This document shows, piece after piece, positions 1-14,262 of a DNA stretch of 64,000 nucleotides. Location of the stretch: NCBI RefSeq assembly GCF_037042905.1, contig NC_087245.1:40116001-40180000 (forward strand), in the 5' to 3' direction. Positions within the stretch are counted from its first letter, which is position 1; every line of letters begins with the position of its first letter. Below the pieces are notes generated by a model. The model saw only the letters and a list, made by a program, of their open reading frames with translations. It searched no databases and was not told the origin of the DNA. This DNA comes from Lytechinus pictus. Lineage: Eukaryota. Both the position numbers and the translations under genes were made by a program.

Positions 1-319
1 ATAGTAAATATAAATATTTTGGGGCAGTTTCATGCTTATGTTGTTTTCTTTCTTTGTTTTTCTGTTATGTTCGTGTCCTGTATGAAAAGGTACCATTTTT
101 TCATTTCCAATTGTATGGGATCTGTTATTGATTCAAATAAGCCTTATTTTTTTGTTCCGGTTTGGTACTACATAAGGATCAATATCATTCAAGACAATAT
201 TCTTTTATTTTCATGTCAAACAGATGTAAAGTGTTATCAAAATGTCTCATAAGACACAGCATGGAATCACGCTTTTGAAGGGATCGTTATCATTCCAAGT
301 AGGCCTATATACATGTATA

Positions 320-868
320 CCCTTTTTACACAGGATTTTCTTAACCCCGGACTATCGCTAACCCCGTACTATCCTTAACCCCGTACTATTTTTTTTCCTT
401 TTTACACATGCCAAATTGTTATTGCTAACCCCGGATAAGGAAAGCTTGCTTTTCACACACGAAACTCGCTAACCCCGGACTAGTGGTTTTTGTCTATCAT
501 TCGTAGTACAAGTACTTCACTCGTACCTTTTTACACACGCTACAATTTCCTTAACCCCGTACTATAGGTGGGGCCAAATTGCCATTTAGCCCCACCTATA
601 GTACGGGGTTAAGCTTAGCCCACTTTCGTTTTACACTAGCAATCTTAACCCCGTACTATCGCTCTTAGCACCGCAATTGCTGGGATAACCCTGCTTTTTT
701 GCAGGGCCAAATAATCCCGTACTAAAGGTGGGGTTAGCCCACTTTGCAAAAATGCTGTGTAAAAAGAAAGTGGGCTAAGCTTAACCCCGTACTATAGGTG
801 GGGCTAAATGGCAATTTAGCCCCACCTATAGTACGGGGTTAAGGAAATTTTAGCTTGTGTAAAAAGGG
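320..868. mobile_element. Non-autonomous DNA transposon/MITE with internal AACCCCGTACTAT repeats and nested palindromes
   Basis: TIR CCCTTTTTACACA...TGTGTAAAAAGGG flanked by TA on both sides; a related left-end fragment lies inverted at about 39953..40080. Confidence 0.8.
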
Positions 869-1598
869 TAATGGTATATTACTAACTACTTGTGTGCTCC
901 TTTTAAGGGCAAGAAGAAATTCACTCTCAATAGTTTGGATTGAAGAGACAGGATGCTGAAAGACTTGGTGACTATATTAATTTTTGATTATTAATGAAAA
1001 TAATAAAATGTAATAAAGAGATGCAGCATTTGATTTATGACTTTTACCTTGAACATAATCATATCATAGAATGAAGTAAAATTCTATTTGCAAGCATATC
1101 TACATGTAAACAAGGTCATTTCATTGAAATTGACTACGCAATGAATTTGATGGAGCGATCCTAATTCCTTGCCCGAAAAATGACTCCCCCACTCATACTT
1201 TACATTCTGTCCAACCTTCCATTGCCTTCATCTTCGACTTTTATCGTTTGACTTTTATCGTTTGCTGTAAATTATTGTGAGAGCTATTTTCCACTTGTGA
1301 CTGTATCAAATTCATCAAACGCTGCACGGTGAATGTGAGATGTAGAATTGATCTCCATTTGTAGACAAGCCATATAAAATTTGACTGAAGAACGACCTCT
1401 CCACTCCTGAAGAGGCTTGTGCCTCTAGTAAATTGAAGACGGAGATCAATTTCATACAGGCCCCAGTGCCTGTGTTAGGGGGAATGTCGAGCATCACTCA
1501 ACATGCAGTTATTTCCCCATGCACTATGGAAATTCATTTCCCTCTGGCTTTTATTCTAATTTTGTTGGAGGTGGAGGGGGGGAAGGGGATGGATATTG

Positions 1599-2866
1599 CA
1601 GAGCTGCCAAATAGTACGATTTTGTCGTATTCCGTACGATTTTTCACTTAAAATACGACACTAGGATTTTTACAAATAAAATACGATTTTTTGAAAATAT
1701 AGCTATGGTAAGGCTCGACATAACAGAAATCCACCTCGGGCAATCATTATTGAAAAATGTTAAGTTTTGGTGGCCCGAATCGGGCAACCAATAATTTTCA
1801 AAGTAGCGCAATTTTTCTCCCGATTTTGCACCATTTATCAACTTTATACAGTTCAAATTGCAACCAATTCGTCATGCGCCCTTTTTGTTGATCTACACAC
1901 AAATACACACACACATGACAGTACATAGGCTTACCGCTCTAGCATACAGTAGCTATTATCCAGCCGGCCGGCTGGCGTGCGTGAGCTTTGCATGAAACCA
2001 CTGCAGCTACATGTAGCTATCTGTGCGCTATCAGCCTATTCAGACTCGGGGAGCTACGATACGAAATGTTGCTGCTAAGATATCTTCCACAGAACTTTGA
2101 AAATCTATTTGCAAGCATTAAAAACAGGAATTATGACCTCTCTTTTGACTCAAAAAGACCGATTTCCAAATGTATTAATACACATAAAAACACATAGGTG
2201 AGTACATCACAGTCCCATATGTGCATTTGTATGTATGTTGATACTTGGTTTCTTTCGAAGCTGTGTCTTTTCTAGCAAAAAATAAGCAGACAGTTTTTTC
2301 CTTTTTGTCTCACCTGCATAGCAGAGTGAGACTATAGGCGCCGCTTTTCCGACGGCGACGGCGGCGGCGACGACGGCGGCGGCGGCGTCAACACCAAATC
2401 TTAACCTGAGGTTAAGTTTTTGAAATGACAGCATAACTTAGAAAGTATATGGACCTAGTTCATGAAACTTGGCCATAAGGTTAATCAAGTATTACTGAAC
2501 ATCCTGCCTGAGTTTCATGTCACATGACTAAGGTCAAAGGTCATTTAGGGTCAATGAACTTAGACCATGTTGGGGGAATCAACATCAAAATCTTAACCTA
2601 AGGTTAAGTTTTTGAAATGTCATCATAACTTAGAAAATATATGGACCTAGTTCATGAAACTTATACATAAGGTTAATCAAGTATCACTGAACATCCTGCA
2701 TGAGTTTCACATCACATGACCAAGGTCAAATTACAGTGAGCACAACAAAATAATGAGATGTATAGTAGGAAAGTACACGACGGGTATGAATAGGATTTTT
2801 TGTCTAAAAATAGGATTTTTTGGGTGAAATAATAGGATTTTTTGTCAAGTGTGGTTGGCAGCTCTG
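1599..2866. mobile_element. Non-autonomous TIR element (hAT-like termini) with 6-bp TSD
   Basis: TIR CAGAGCTGCCAA...TTGGCAGCTCTG; ATATTG on both flanks; subterminal tacgattt/taggattt repeats. Confidence 0.8.
2303..2730 (+). mobile_element. Helentron/DINE-like non-autonomous element fragment nested in the 1599..2866 element
   Basis: T-run then gtctcac...gtgagac inverted repeat, (GGC/GAC)n microsatellite, then about 1.8 copies of a ~191-bp core repeat (caacaccaaatcttaacc at ~2389 and ~2580); 3' truncated. Confidence 0.6.
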
Positions 2867-5800
2867 ATATTGGGGGAGTTAAGGGAGGGGTGGGTGTTGT
2901 GACTTACTTGCAAAGCATCTTGGTAAGTTGCAATGTCTACTAGTTGGGACTTGTGTGCCTATAATAGTCCGTGAGTTTATATCCTTCAAAAGGAAAATGA
3001 AATTGGGGAAGGGGGGGGGGCAGTGGTACATGTACATGTTTCTTTTAAATGATAAATTGTCGTCCATAAATGAGTGCATGATTTAAAGCTCCATTTTATA
3101 TGCTTGTAAGTTGTACTGATCCTTTAAATGTTACTGTTAATTGAAGAAATAAAAAAGAAAGTCTACTTGGGGATTTATTTTTACATTTTATTTTATTTAT
3201 TTATATATTTTTTTAGGGGGGGGTGTAGAATTCTACGGGTTTGCCTGTTATATGACTGCAGCTTTTGACAGAAATATGCATGTAAGTGTTAAGATATATG
3301 ACTTATGACATGGGCAATTTCACCAACACCTTTGGTGTTTCGTGGATTACAAAATTTATTTCCCTTTTCAATGCACATGTACAAGAATTAAACAGGATCA
3401 ACTTGCCTAATATATATTTCACTCTCAGTAGGCCTAAACCTTAATTCATTCTTTTTATATTTCATCTCTGAATTATTTATATATGAAATGAAACAGAAAC
3501 TTGTATGTCATCCCTATAGCCATGCTTCCGTATTCTTGTAAACAAACTTTAATACTCGGGTATCAGTGGTTGTACATCTCTAGCAGAAGGGAAAGCCCCT
3601 TTTGACAATGCACATCAATGAGGTCTTAGCATCCAGAGATCTTTCATTACAAAAAAGTGTGGTGGGTGTTGAGGGATAGGCCATAAGTGGTATAAAAAAC
3701 GATTACACATGATCCCATGTTGTCTAATTTACCTGAATTTCTTTTATGTAGGACATTTAATATTTTTTTCATATTATCTGATGACTTTTTGGCAAAAAAG
3801 AATGATGCCAGTCACCAGTGATCACATGATTCAGTAGACTGTACAATGCTCTACTCATTTCTGCTAGCAGCTCCCTGCATAGAATGTGCACATGGATGAC
3901 ACACATTTCACATGAACAGAAATCCCATTGGTTCTACACTGAGTTTGCTCTTCGTACCATGTTTACTCGCACACAAGTCAATCACGATGTTTGTATTTCA
4001 CATATTTTTTAGCCGTTTCTGAGTAGCGATTCGACTTTTATAGGCACAGTCACTCCTAGTAGAGCTCGTAACTTGGCCTAGATCTCCTGCAACCCGGTTG
4101 TCAAAGGTGCACCGATACCTGGCAGAGATCTTGATTAGAAGTACATGGAGTTGTCAAGTGACCTCTTGTCCATTTACATGAAGCCTGAGGCAAAGTTGAC
4201 AGAGCTGTATGTCAATGGAATTGCACTTTTGACCATGGGTCAGGTGCGCTCCTCAGCTTGTGTTGTGAACATTGGTATTCCGTCCTTTCACTCCTGTATC
4301 TTCCAATCAGGCTAGGAATAGTCAGTTGTGGATCCAGGTGGGTGTTTCATAAAGCTGACGGTGTAAGTTACAAGCGAATTTACGAATGACCGATGACCCT
4401 TTCTTAGGAGCTAAATCCACACCTACATGTATGATTAACCTTACCACAAGAAAGGGAACAAGTTGTTTGTAAAGTCACTAGTAACTTACGAACAACTTTG
4501 TGAAACAACGCTCACCAGGGGGGAGGGGGGGATTGTTTCACAAAGATTTAAGTATGACTTAGAGTCGCATATCATGCCAAGAGAACGTGCACTGCTGCAT
4601 ATTTATCATTAAGATTGCGTATTGCATATCATGTACGCGTCTACATTCTTCAGAGGATAATAGGAGGACAAGCTACACTACCCCTCCCGCAAAATGGGAG
4701 TAATTCTCAAGAAGAAGATGGGCCCTACAAAAGGGAGTCCTCTGTTCCACTGTGAAATAAATAAAGGGGGGGGGGGTGGCTCCCCCAACAAATGCAGGCA
4801 CATGTACCGGTACTTATAATATTGATAATGTTCCTTCACTTTTACGTACACTGGAGAAATTTGTCCCATTGGTATTGTGTACAAATTCAGTGATATGCAG
4901 GTGAAAATGTCCCTATGGTGTGTTTGTGTGTAATTAAATGAGAAACCGCAGGTGCTGGGTATGACTTATTAGATCCAATGACTGTCAGAAGTTGTAAGAC
5001 ATTATTAATAAATAAAAAGTAAAACAATACTGCAATAGTTTGTATAAAAAACAAACTAGGACAATGTAGGTTTGAACATGTGCCCTGTTTGGTGTTTTTA
5101 TTACAATCATTTCTTTTCATGAAATAAATTTTACCGATTTCGCATATTTCAGGAAACCTTGTATATTGGCAATGAAGTCCATTGAGTGATCACCATGTTT
5201 GTTTTAGTATTACAAAACCCATAATAGTTTTTTTAATGATTGATTCATAACTCGTTTCTTCGAATCCGGATGAAAATAGAACAAAAAACCAATGCAATCC
5301 ATAATTGTCTCAAGTATGCAATGTCAATTTACGTTGGATGTCAATGTCTGGACAAGGTCTGAGCAATGGTGTGTTGACATGAGTGGAAGGCTGTGTGTAA
5401 ACACAGATGACCTCACACCTCTGGAATGCCATACACACCAGGATTTTACTAGTCTCACTTCCAAACTCTAATTTAAATTAGTGTCATGGTGATTTTTATA
5501 CTAAATAATAACTGAAGTATGAGATGCAGATGTAGATTAAAAGCAGTGAAACAACCCTGAAATCACGAAACAAAACTCATGGATTTTTTTATTTTAGTAA
5601 AAATAAATAATTTAAAACCAATGTGCACATGAATTGTGTGACAAATGCGTCTAAAGCCTGTATAAAGATAAACTCTGCCCTTGATGAAAAATATGATATA
5701 TTTCATGTTTTATTTCTCTAAAGCGCATCATTTTTAAAAACTTGTTTGTTTAAACATGATATTGATATTAAATGGTGATGGATGATTCGATTTTTTATCA

Positions 5801-6035
5801 GTCATGGTTAGGTGTAAACTTAGACATTGTAAACCAGTATAGGCCTATCTATACCTTTTTCTGTTTGACACTTCTAAAAAGTTCTAAAAACTATATAGGA
5901 CCTACTCATACAATTAGGTCTAGTTTAAAAAAAGGATGTTTATACCTATATTTTTTTACATTAGTTGCCAAGAGTTAATATTCATCTTTGTTCTTCATTT
6001 GTGTAACAATTTTATTTTATTTTCTTTTTCTTTAA

Positions 6036-6128
<93 letters not shown>

Positions 6129-6836
6129 TAAAAAAATGATAAATCATTGTGTTGTTTTGGTTTCCATGACTTTTCATTGTAATTGTAAAGTACATTGTCA
6201 TGGATCGGTGGTTATAGAAACCAGTGAAGCGATCTTCTAAAACCGATTTCCTTAACCGATTTAACGGAAAGCAGTTTAAGAAATTATACTGAGAACGGGG
6301 TATATGATGGTAAGCCACACTTTTTCCTTGCTGCTCTCGTACGAAATAATGTGGACTAAAAAAATCATGAACACAATTTTAGCTGAGCCACTGTCATCCA
6401 ATTCGGACTATTTGAGGTGGAATTCTCTAAAAATAGGGATATCAATAATCTGTCGCATTTTTAGATAATGACTTCCATTTCATCTAAAAAGTCAGGTATT
6501 ACTATTATTCATAAAATAATATTCTGTCAGAAGCAAGTTTTTCTACTTTTCAAACCAACGTTGAGTCATCCCTTGAAGTTCTTTGTTGACTCTATGACCT
6601 TTCATTAGGTCATCCTAATAATAATAGCATTGTTGACGCCAAGTAAACAGCACCCTTGTGAGTTTGGATAGACAAGGTTTTAATAACCTTGGTCGCAGTA
6701 TTATGATGTTTGCATTACACACTCTCTACTGTTCCAAAATCTAATTGTGAAACTTTGAAACTTGAATTGCTGTAATTTGATTTTATACCCTTTGATAAGC
6801 CAATTAAAATATTATAAAGACTGAAATTCCTTGGTG

Positions 6837-7095
6837 CAGGGGCAGATCCAGGATTTTCCAAGGGGGGGGGGGCATTTTTGTACAGGAAAAAATTAACTAG
6901 CCCCCCCACTCCAAAAAAAAAAGGGTCTTCACTTCCAATTAATGGTGATTTATGTCAGGAAAAATTTGACAAGCAATAAAAAAAGGTCCTTAATTGCATA
7001 TGCACAACATATTCCCCCCAAAAAATATTTGTTTAGGCTCTTAAAGGGGGGGGGGGGGCATGGGCAGGCTGTGGCCCTATTTGGATCCGCCGCTG
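6837..7095. mobile_element. Small MITE (CAGGGGC.GATCCAG...GGATCCGCCGCTG); related copy about 21208..21391
   Basis: Imperfect terminal inverted repeats, internal G-runs; TSD not clear. Confidence 0.55.
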
Positions 7096-7149
7096 CCATG
7101 AAGTAACTCTAAAGTTGATTGAGAGTATTCTCTGTTTATACATTGATTG

Positions 7150-7929
7150 TAGGGACAGTGATTTTACGTTTCAAAAAATTGCCTTTTCCGTTTCAGAAAA
7201 TCTCAAATTCCGTTTCAGCATGTCTGAAAACGGAAATTCCGTTTCCCCATAGACTTTGTGTACATGAAAAAGTGACAATTCCGTTTACATAGAAACCAAT
7301 ACGCAATGAGTAGCGCGATGTCAAAATGCTAGCGCTGGTCAAAATTTGCATCTACCAATGTACTAACATCGCTTTAAAATCCATTTTAATCGAAGAGATT
7401 CGAGCTCAAAAACTATTTAGAGAAACATAATCAACATTAATACATCCTCACCTTTTATATTATTAGCATTATTTTATGGTTACATGGGATTTTATTGCTG
7501 ATTTGGGGACTTTTCGGACATCGTTTTGAGCAGTCGACGACTTCCGCCTATCAGCCATTTTGGATTTGTTGAATCACCGTGATCATTGTATCATGACCGA
7601 ACGCAGAGGGCAGCAACACACGGCCGTATTCTGCCTTATATGCGGACGTCAGTGTAAACTAATTTAGGTACGATCGAGTGATGGAGGGGCTCGAGTGTAG
7701 TTACGATGTGTTGATTGTCATGATTGTTGTTGCAAAGTGAGATCGTGTTTTTTCAGTTGATATTCGTATTTTGTTGAGGATTTGGGATTAATTTCTGTTG
7801 ATATTATGTGCATTTTGAGAAAAAACAAGTTTTCTGTGATTTTCCGTTGGAAAAGCCAATTTCCGTTTCGAAAGGCCGATTCCGTGAATTCCGTCCGTTT
7901 TCCGCGATCGCGGAAAATCACTGTCCCTA
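7150..7929. mobile_element. Non-autonomous TIR element with 6-bp TSD, copy 1
   Basis: TIR TAGGGACAGTGATTTT...AAAATCACTGTCCCTA; TGATTG on both flanks; subterminal TTCCGT repeats. Confidence 0.88.
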
Positions 7930-8220
7930 TGATTGCTGAGGCAACAATGTCTCCGGAAGTATGATTGCACACGTTTATACGGATTTGATGAATCAATAGG
8001 ATGTTCAGGTTTAGGGCTGTCAGTTAGTGAAAGACTCATTGTTTTACATTAAGGATCAGTAAAATGAGTAGTGGGTTTAAATATGTGAAATGGAGCATTT
8101 ATTTGATTTTTCATTCAAAAAAAAAAAAAAAAAAAAAAAGAAATTGATAAAAACAACTAATTGTTTTTAAATTAAAGTTAGATTTACCACATTATAATGT
8201 ATTGTACTGCATTAGCTTAA

Positions 8221-8605
8221 AGAGAAATGCCCGTAGTTGCAGTAAACACTGATTTCATGAGAAAGTCTGTAAACCAGGCTTAATTGTCAGTATATCATCG
8301 AGGACCTAGATCTGGTACAGTTACATAAACTGAACTTTGTGAAATCTACGCTGATAAATGTTCACACTGAAGATCACCAACACAGATAAGCACACGTGGG
8401 ACAGTGTATTATTATTGCCTTGAATGTCGGCCCGACGCTAGACCCGAATCCTGCGCTTATTTGCTGATTTCTTAGCAATTACGCAATTTCTTCCAGAATT
8501 CTTTGGCACATATGTCTTATTTATACAAACAGACACTTTGGTGGTCATTTCATTGGATTCTGTATGAACTCATTTTGATATTGTTACCACAACTGGCATT
8601 TACCT
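8221..8605. mobile_element. Kolobok-like MITE; related diverged copies at about 30590-31300, 37250-37630 and 60830-60960
   Basis: TTAA|AGAGAAATGCC ... GGCATTTACCT|ATAA; shared ggtacagttacataaactgaactttgtg motif. Confidence 0.6.
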
Positions 8606-10908
8606 ATAACCTTGCGCATATGAATCTACTTCTCTTCCACAATAAAGGGTTCCATTGGGGCCAAATTAAAATACTTTATCACTGCAACTGATAAGTGGAT
8701 GAAATTCTTGTTAAGTTTATGAGTTTCTGGAGCCAAACTTTGGAGCCAAAATTTGTAACTTTGTATTCTTGAACTTTGGTGGCTTTGGAGTTGGAGTTTA
8801 TTATGTCTTGAATGGATAGTGCTATACCAATAAGAAAAGAAAATTATTTTCTATTTTCGGGGGCTACTTTTCACAATCTCCTGCCTGAAAGGACATTACC
8901 TTTCAATTATTTCACTCTGCATATACTCATTATGAATTAGAGCTATTTCAAATAATGACAATTTCAAATGATTAAAACTGTCTGTCATCCGATGTATACA
9001 TACAAACTTTTCACAGAAACCTCGACTGCCTTTTCAGTGCTAATGATATAAATGTGTCTTTTGAAGGAAGAGAAAAATCCTGTTCAATTCAGTCGTATAC
9101 TATGACGAAGCACCCCATGAGACGTCCCGTGGTCAAAAATATCAAATGCTCATTACCAAACATCGGCATTACATACACTGTACCGCAATACACACCTAAG
9201 CAAAGCTTTTAGACGTCATTAATACCTCTGCCAAACATGATCCTCTTCTACCTAAACTGAAACATGATGATGATTATTGATTGCGTCCGCGCCGTCAGTG
9301 CGAACAAGCCACCCATCCAACTATACCTCTTAAATATAGCCAATCAATTTCATTGATTTCACTTTCATATATTATAAGCCATAGATACAGTCCTCACTCT
9401 AATGACTCCATAACTGATAAATAGCATCACTTTATGACAATATATTAATAATTGAAAGAGACAGATTTATTTATATACATCCTTCTCACCTACAGTATAT
9501 TCAATTTTGAAACAAAGTATAGGAGTAGCATGTGGGCAATTGTTTTGGAGAGGATGTGTGTAAAATTTCTCTTGATTGATTTTGTAAGAATTGTTTTCGC
9601 CTAGGGGTCTTTTGCATGATTTTGTGCAACACCATTTGATCGGAAAGCTATTTAGTTCTGATATTGATAGTTTTATTGACTTGATAGACTTGATAGTGTC
9701 TGGGGAAACTTGATTGAATTTGTTCAGACGAGTATTTTGTAGCATAATTTGTATAGGTTCGGTTTGCATCAAATCACACTAGTTTCATTTGTGTGAAACT
9801 GAAATAAAGATAATCATGAGGGAATGACTGTGTAATTTCAGGGATAATTTTCTGCCAGTGATGCAACACTGAAAGTGCAATTCAGCAACATGTTATGAAT
9901 GGTCCTTGACTCTAGTACATGTATAATGGGATTTAAATAGCTACAAACACGAGTCGCTCGACTTTAACTAGACTTAATGTAGATTTCAACAGCACTTGTC
10001 TGTATACTCTCCAAAATAATCCAAAAGAGCTGTGGTCCTCTATCAACTCCTCTCAGACTGAGACAATCTCACTCATTTTGGATTGAGCTTTGCATCTCAG
10101 AGAATGCATTTGACCTCTTTTTGGAGTAAACATGTCTTGATAAGATGCACAATTCATTCCAGAAGGAGCTACTATGCACTCTTTCAGGATATAATGTATA
10201 TTTTACTCCAAAAGGATTGATCCATATAGTATCACTCGAAAAAGAATGTGATTCGGGACTAGATATTGGTCTTATGCGTTTAGAGAGTACAACATTTTCA
10301 CTGGCTGTGTGAAAGCGTTTTTGTTTCTCCTTTTAATATATGGAGATGAGACTGGTCCTTTGGCATGAATATAAACGAAGTAACGTAAAACACCAAGCAG
10401 ACAATAACTACACCCATTAATACAAACATCATCATGGTTCATATTTTGTAGTCCACCTATGCCCTTGAGGTAAATGTTAGATAAAACAAAAAGCGAGAAG
10501 ATGCAAAAACAATCACATTTGGAAATTGGAGATATAATTACATTATATTCATTAAATGTATATGGTGATGTCTTGTTTACTTGATATTTCTCCTTTTTCC
10601 TCATTTTGCAACATTTTGAACTTTCAACAATCCAAAAGTAGAATAATTGAGTGGGAATTTAACTTTGTATCTTGGTTGACTTTTTGTGGTATACATGTAT
10701 CATGCCAACCATTGCAACATTTTAGAAAGTTCAGCTTGTTTGGGAGTCAGATATGTTTTTTTTAATTAAATGTTTATTTAAAGTTAAACAGACACAAATG
10801 AATCAAATATGTAACTGATTGGATTTTATGGTCAATAAACATACATGGATTATGGCTGTGGTCATATGGATATCAGTCTGGGTTATGTTTTTGATGCATA
10901 TTGATATA

Positions 10909-11446
10909 CAGTGCGTCCCACAAAAAAGGAAACCCCGTTTTCAGAGATAGATTTCACAATTATTAAACTTATTTTTACTATAAATTTGATACTTATGGTA
11001 AGAGTGGACTCTCATCTTTAATTCGAGACCAACAGCTTAGGAAATTCTTCATGTACATGTATGGCAGATAACATAGAATAAATATTGAGGCCTATCAGAT
11101 AGGATTTGCGCAGAACTCATGTGTTAATCTGGACTCGGGGATCTGTCAGTGAGAGAAACTTAACAAAGAATACAAAAGAAATGCTAATGAGGCAATCGTC
11201 GAATAAGCACGGTTGTTGTATCACGAACCAATATTGTCCAATTTCTCTGCACCGAACCTGATTTTGACATTAAAATTTCAAACTCGTCTTGCTCATTAAT
11301 GCGTTAAGTGTTTGTCGCATATTAGGTATCAAAACGTAGAGGAATAGTTTAATTGTATGATGATGTAAATCATATATCATAATTAATTTGCCTTTGAAGA
11401 AAAAAGATGTGGGAAACCCGGTTTCCTTTTTTTCTGGGACGCTCTT
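10909..11446. mobile_element. Tc1/mariner-like MITE
   Basis: TA|CAGTGCGTCCCACAAAAAAGGAAACC ... GGTTTCCTTTTTTTCTGGGACGC inverted ends; right end degenerate. Confidence 0.65.
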
Positions 11447-12959
11447 GAACAACATTAAAGGGGAAAATGGAGAGGAGGGTGAAATTTAGTATTTTAGGAT
11501 TTTGTTTAGTTTACATTGGATAAGATTGTTAAATTCATAAATCTAATTATAATATGAATTCATATTGTAGTTATTTTTCTTTGACTGATACAGATACACA
11601 TTTTTTTTTTAACAATCTTAAAACTGATTGATATATAATTTGGAATATAATTCCACAGATCTCTAGTGGCCCACTTTGCTGTTGCTCATGCTCGATAATT
11701 TTCAAGAAATAATCAAATTTTGTCGCTGGGGGAAGACAACAAATTCAATTTCTGCTGACCTCGTAGCCATCCATCTTATTGAGAAAAAAAAGAGAATTTA
11801 AATAGCGAATAAATGAACAAATCACCTGGAGCGAATGAATACACTGATAGCATTTGGAAGCTTTATATGCTGCATCTTGAATAGACAAATGCTTCAATTT
11901 GTGTGTGTGTACTGGTAGTACATGAAGTTAAGTATTCTATTTTTGCATTACGGGCTTTATACCCAAATGAATATATATTTTCAAGAATGTAATGTTAGTT
12001 ATTGAACATTGCTTTACAAATTTTCAAAAAATCTTAAAAATAGCAGTACCCGTTCCATTTGTAGAGCAAACCAAGTTGTATAAAGATGTATTAGTCTAGT
12101 ATAGTGTGTACTGTACCCAAATGTAATCAGTAAGAAAACCAACCAAATTATAGAGGCTTTAAGGCTTTGAGATAGTACATTCTCCAAAATATGTTTGATG
12201 AAGGGATAAAAGGTAATAGCTACTGTTTTGTAAGATTCCAATTGATTACATGGAGCATATTAGTCATGTATTAGTGAGAGTATAAGTTGTGAAATATGAA
12301 ATATACATTTGATATACTTTCATGTTGTATAGAACCTGAATGGGAGAAGCATTCCCATTTAAAATCATTTCTACCCAAATGTTTGGAAATAGAGTCCAAT
12401 GGGATTAGAAATGTACACGCATTGATTTTATGAAGATGCCTGGTTGAATAGAAAATGCCTTAATGATTTATATTAAAAAAAATAATAACTCGGCTGCTGT
12501 ATAACATGTAGGTATACATGTACATTTAGTTGTGAAAAATTGGAATAAATCCCCAAAAGGGTTTGCTATTATTATTGACACATTTGGGACTTCATTTAGT
12601 TGAGGTGGAGCTTGTTACAAAAATCTGAATTTGATTGATACTGCAAGTTGTTTGGGACCTCACTCAAGAAAATGAATTGATATTCCTTTCCTCGTCGTCG
12701 TATTGGTCAAATTTAAAGTATTTGTAATGAATATCAAGTCATGAATGATTAATATGCTTGTCAGGGCCAGATGATATATATTGTAATAATGATATCAATA
12801 CTACGAAATTGAGATGTATTGAGAAGATAACAGATCTACATAATGCACTTTTCAATATGTGGTGAACAAGAATGTATGTGGATCCCTCCTTCTCATCCCC
12901 TCCCCCAACCCTTTCAAATAATTTAGGACTGGATCAGTAGATTCACATTGGCCTTCTAG

Positions 12960-13486
12960 CCTGGGGGGCCACTTACATTGACGAGTGGATACCATGCGCG
13001 AACCCCAAAACACGTAAAAAGGATGTCTTTTTCAAGATAGGGTACGTAACGAAATAAGGGTGTCAAAAACACTAAAATAATGAAAAAAGGGTATCTATTT
13101 TCGCTAGGAAAGCTACGTGTTTAGGGTCAAATTTGCAAGGGTATAAAAAATTAAGACTAAAATATTTTATAAAGGATGTACTTTTTGCCCCGTGAACACT
13201 ACGTGTTTAGAGTCCGATTTGCGCGAGGTGTGGGAGGTTGGGCCGTATACCCAATGATGTAGGTAAAGGTAAAACCGATGACCGACATATCGGTGACATA
13301 ACAATTAAAATATCGCTGTACTTGTTTACGGGTTCAATTCAGGGAATACTTGACAAGGGTATCGTTTTGTTTCCAATACTTGTTAAGGGGTGCATTTTCA
13401 GAATATGGAAAATATGTGCTTCTGGTGCTTTTTGAGACCCCATGGTCGCGCATGGTATCCACTCGTCAATGGAAGTGCCCCCTCCC
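12960..13486. mobile_element. MITE with ~35-bp TIRs (GGGGGGCCACTTACATTGACGAGTGGATACCATGCGCGA)
   Basis: Right end TCGCGCATGGTATCCACTCGTCAATGGAAGTGCCCCC; tggccttctag repeated on both flanks. Confidence 0.75.
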
Positions 13487-14094
13487 TACTGGCCTTCTAG
13501 TTCTTCTGTATATGGCATAGTGGTTTGATTTACCTTGTTTATGAATTATGAGTGTTTAATGACAATTTGTGTGAATTTATTTGCATATCTAATAACATGT
13601 CTGTAATTGTTTTTAATACAGTACATGTAGTTTTTATAGATATATTTACTCTATTTTTAATTTCATTTCCAGGAATACCATGATACTCATAACAAAAGTA
13701 AATATCAGTATGTTGAAAACAATCACAAATACAATATTCAGTATTGCTGTTTAAATCATACTCGTACATGTTTGCCTAACATACTCTGATTCTTGTAACG
13801 TTGGCTTCATTAGGATATGATGCCCCCATTTTATCCTTGCTTTTAAATTAAGCCTAAATTGCAAAAGGCAGGCCATTCATTAGCGTTCATAGAGCTTGTG
13901 TATTAGTATTAAAGCAGTCGCTTGCTGTGCAAGGCGTATAGATCTGGCTAGAATATCAATTTCTGCACAGTGACTGTGGGACGACATGTATTGAAGGATA
14001 TTTCCATTGGCAATAGGTGCATGCGTATCCGAAAACCTGTTCTGACGCAAACTCTAATTTCCTCCTCAAAGATATTGATCAATGTTAGATCCTT

Positions 14095-14262
14095 ATTTTC
14101 TCTCTCTCTCTCTGTATTTTGTCTCTGTTTCCCCTTTTAATATCTCTCAAGATCTTCTTGCTGATTCCCTCCCCTCTCTCGCCTTTTCTCTCTGTCTTTT
14201 TCCTTCTCTCTCTGTCTCTTTCCTTCTCTCTCTTTTTTTCTCTCTCTCCTTCCCTCTCTGTA
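14095..14262. repeat. CT-rich simple repeat
   Basis: Degenerate (CT)n/(CTT) tract; explains the spurious ORFs 14082..14366. Confidence 0.85.

Noticed and set aside
340..845. CRISPR-like recurrence of AACCCCGTACTAT
   Set aside because: Irregular spacing, both orientations, no unique spacers, no cas genes; lies within a eukaryotic TIR element.
7718..8039. ORFs sharing RDSDFPRSRKTDGIHG with 15967..16149
   Set aside because: The similarity only reflects the shared TIR of two MITE copies; no transposase motifs.
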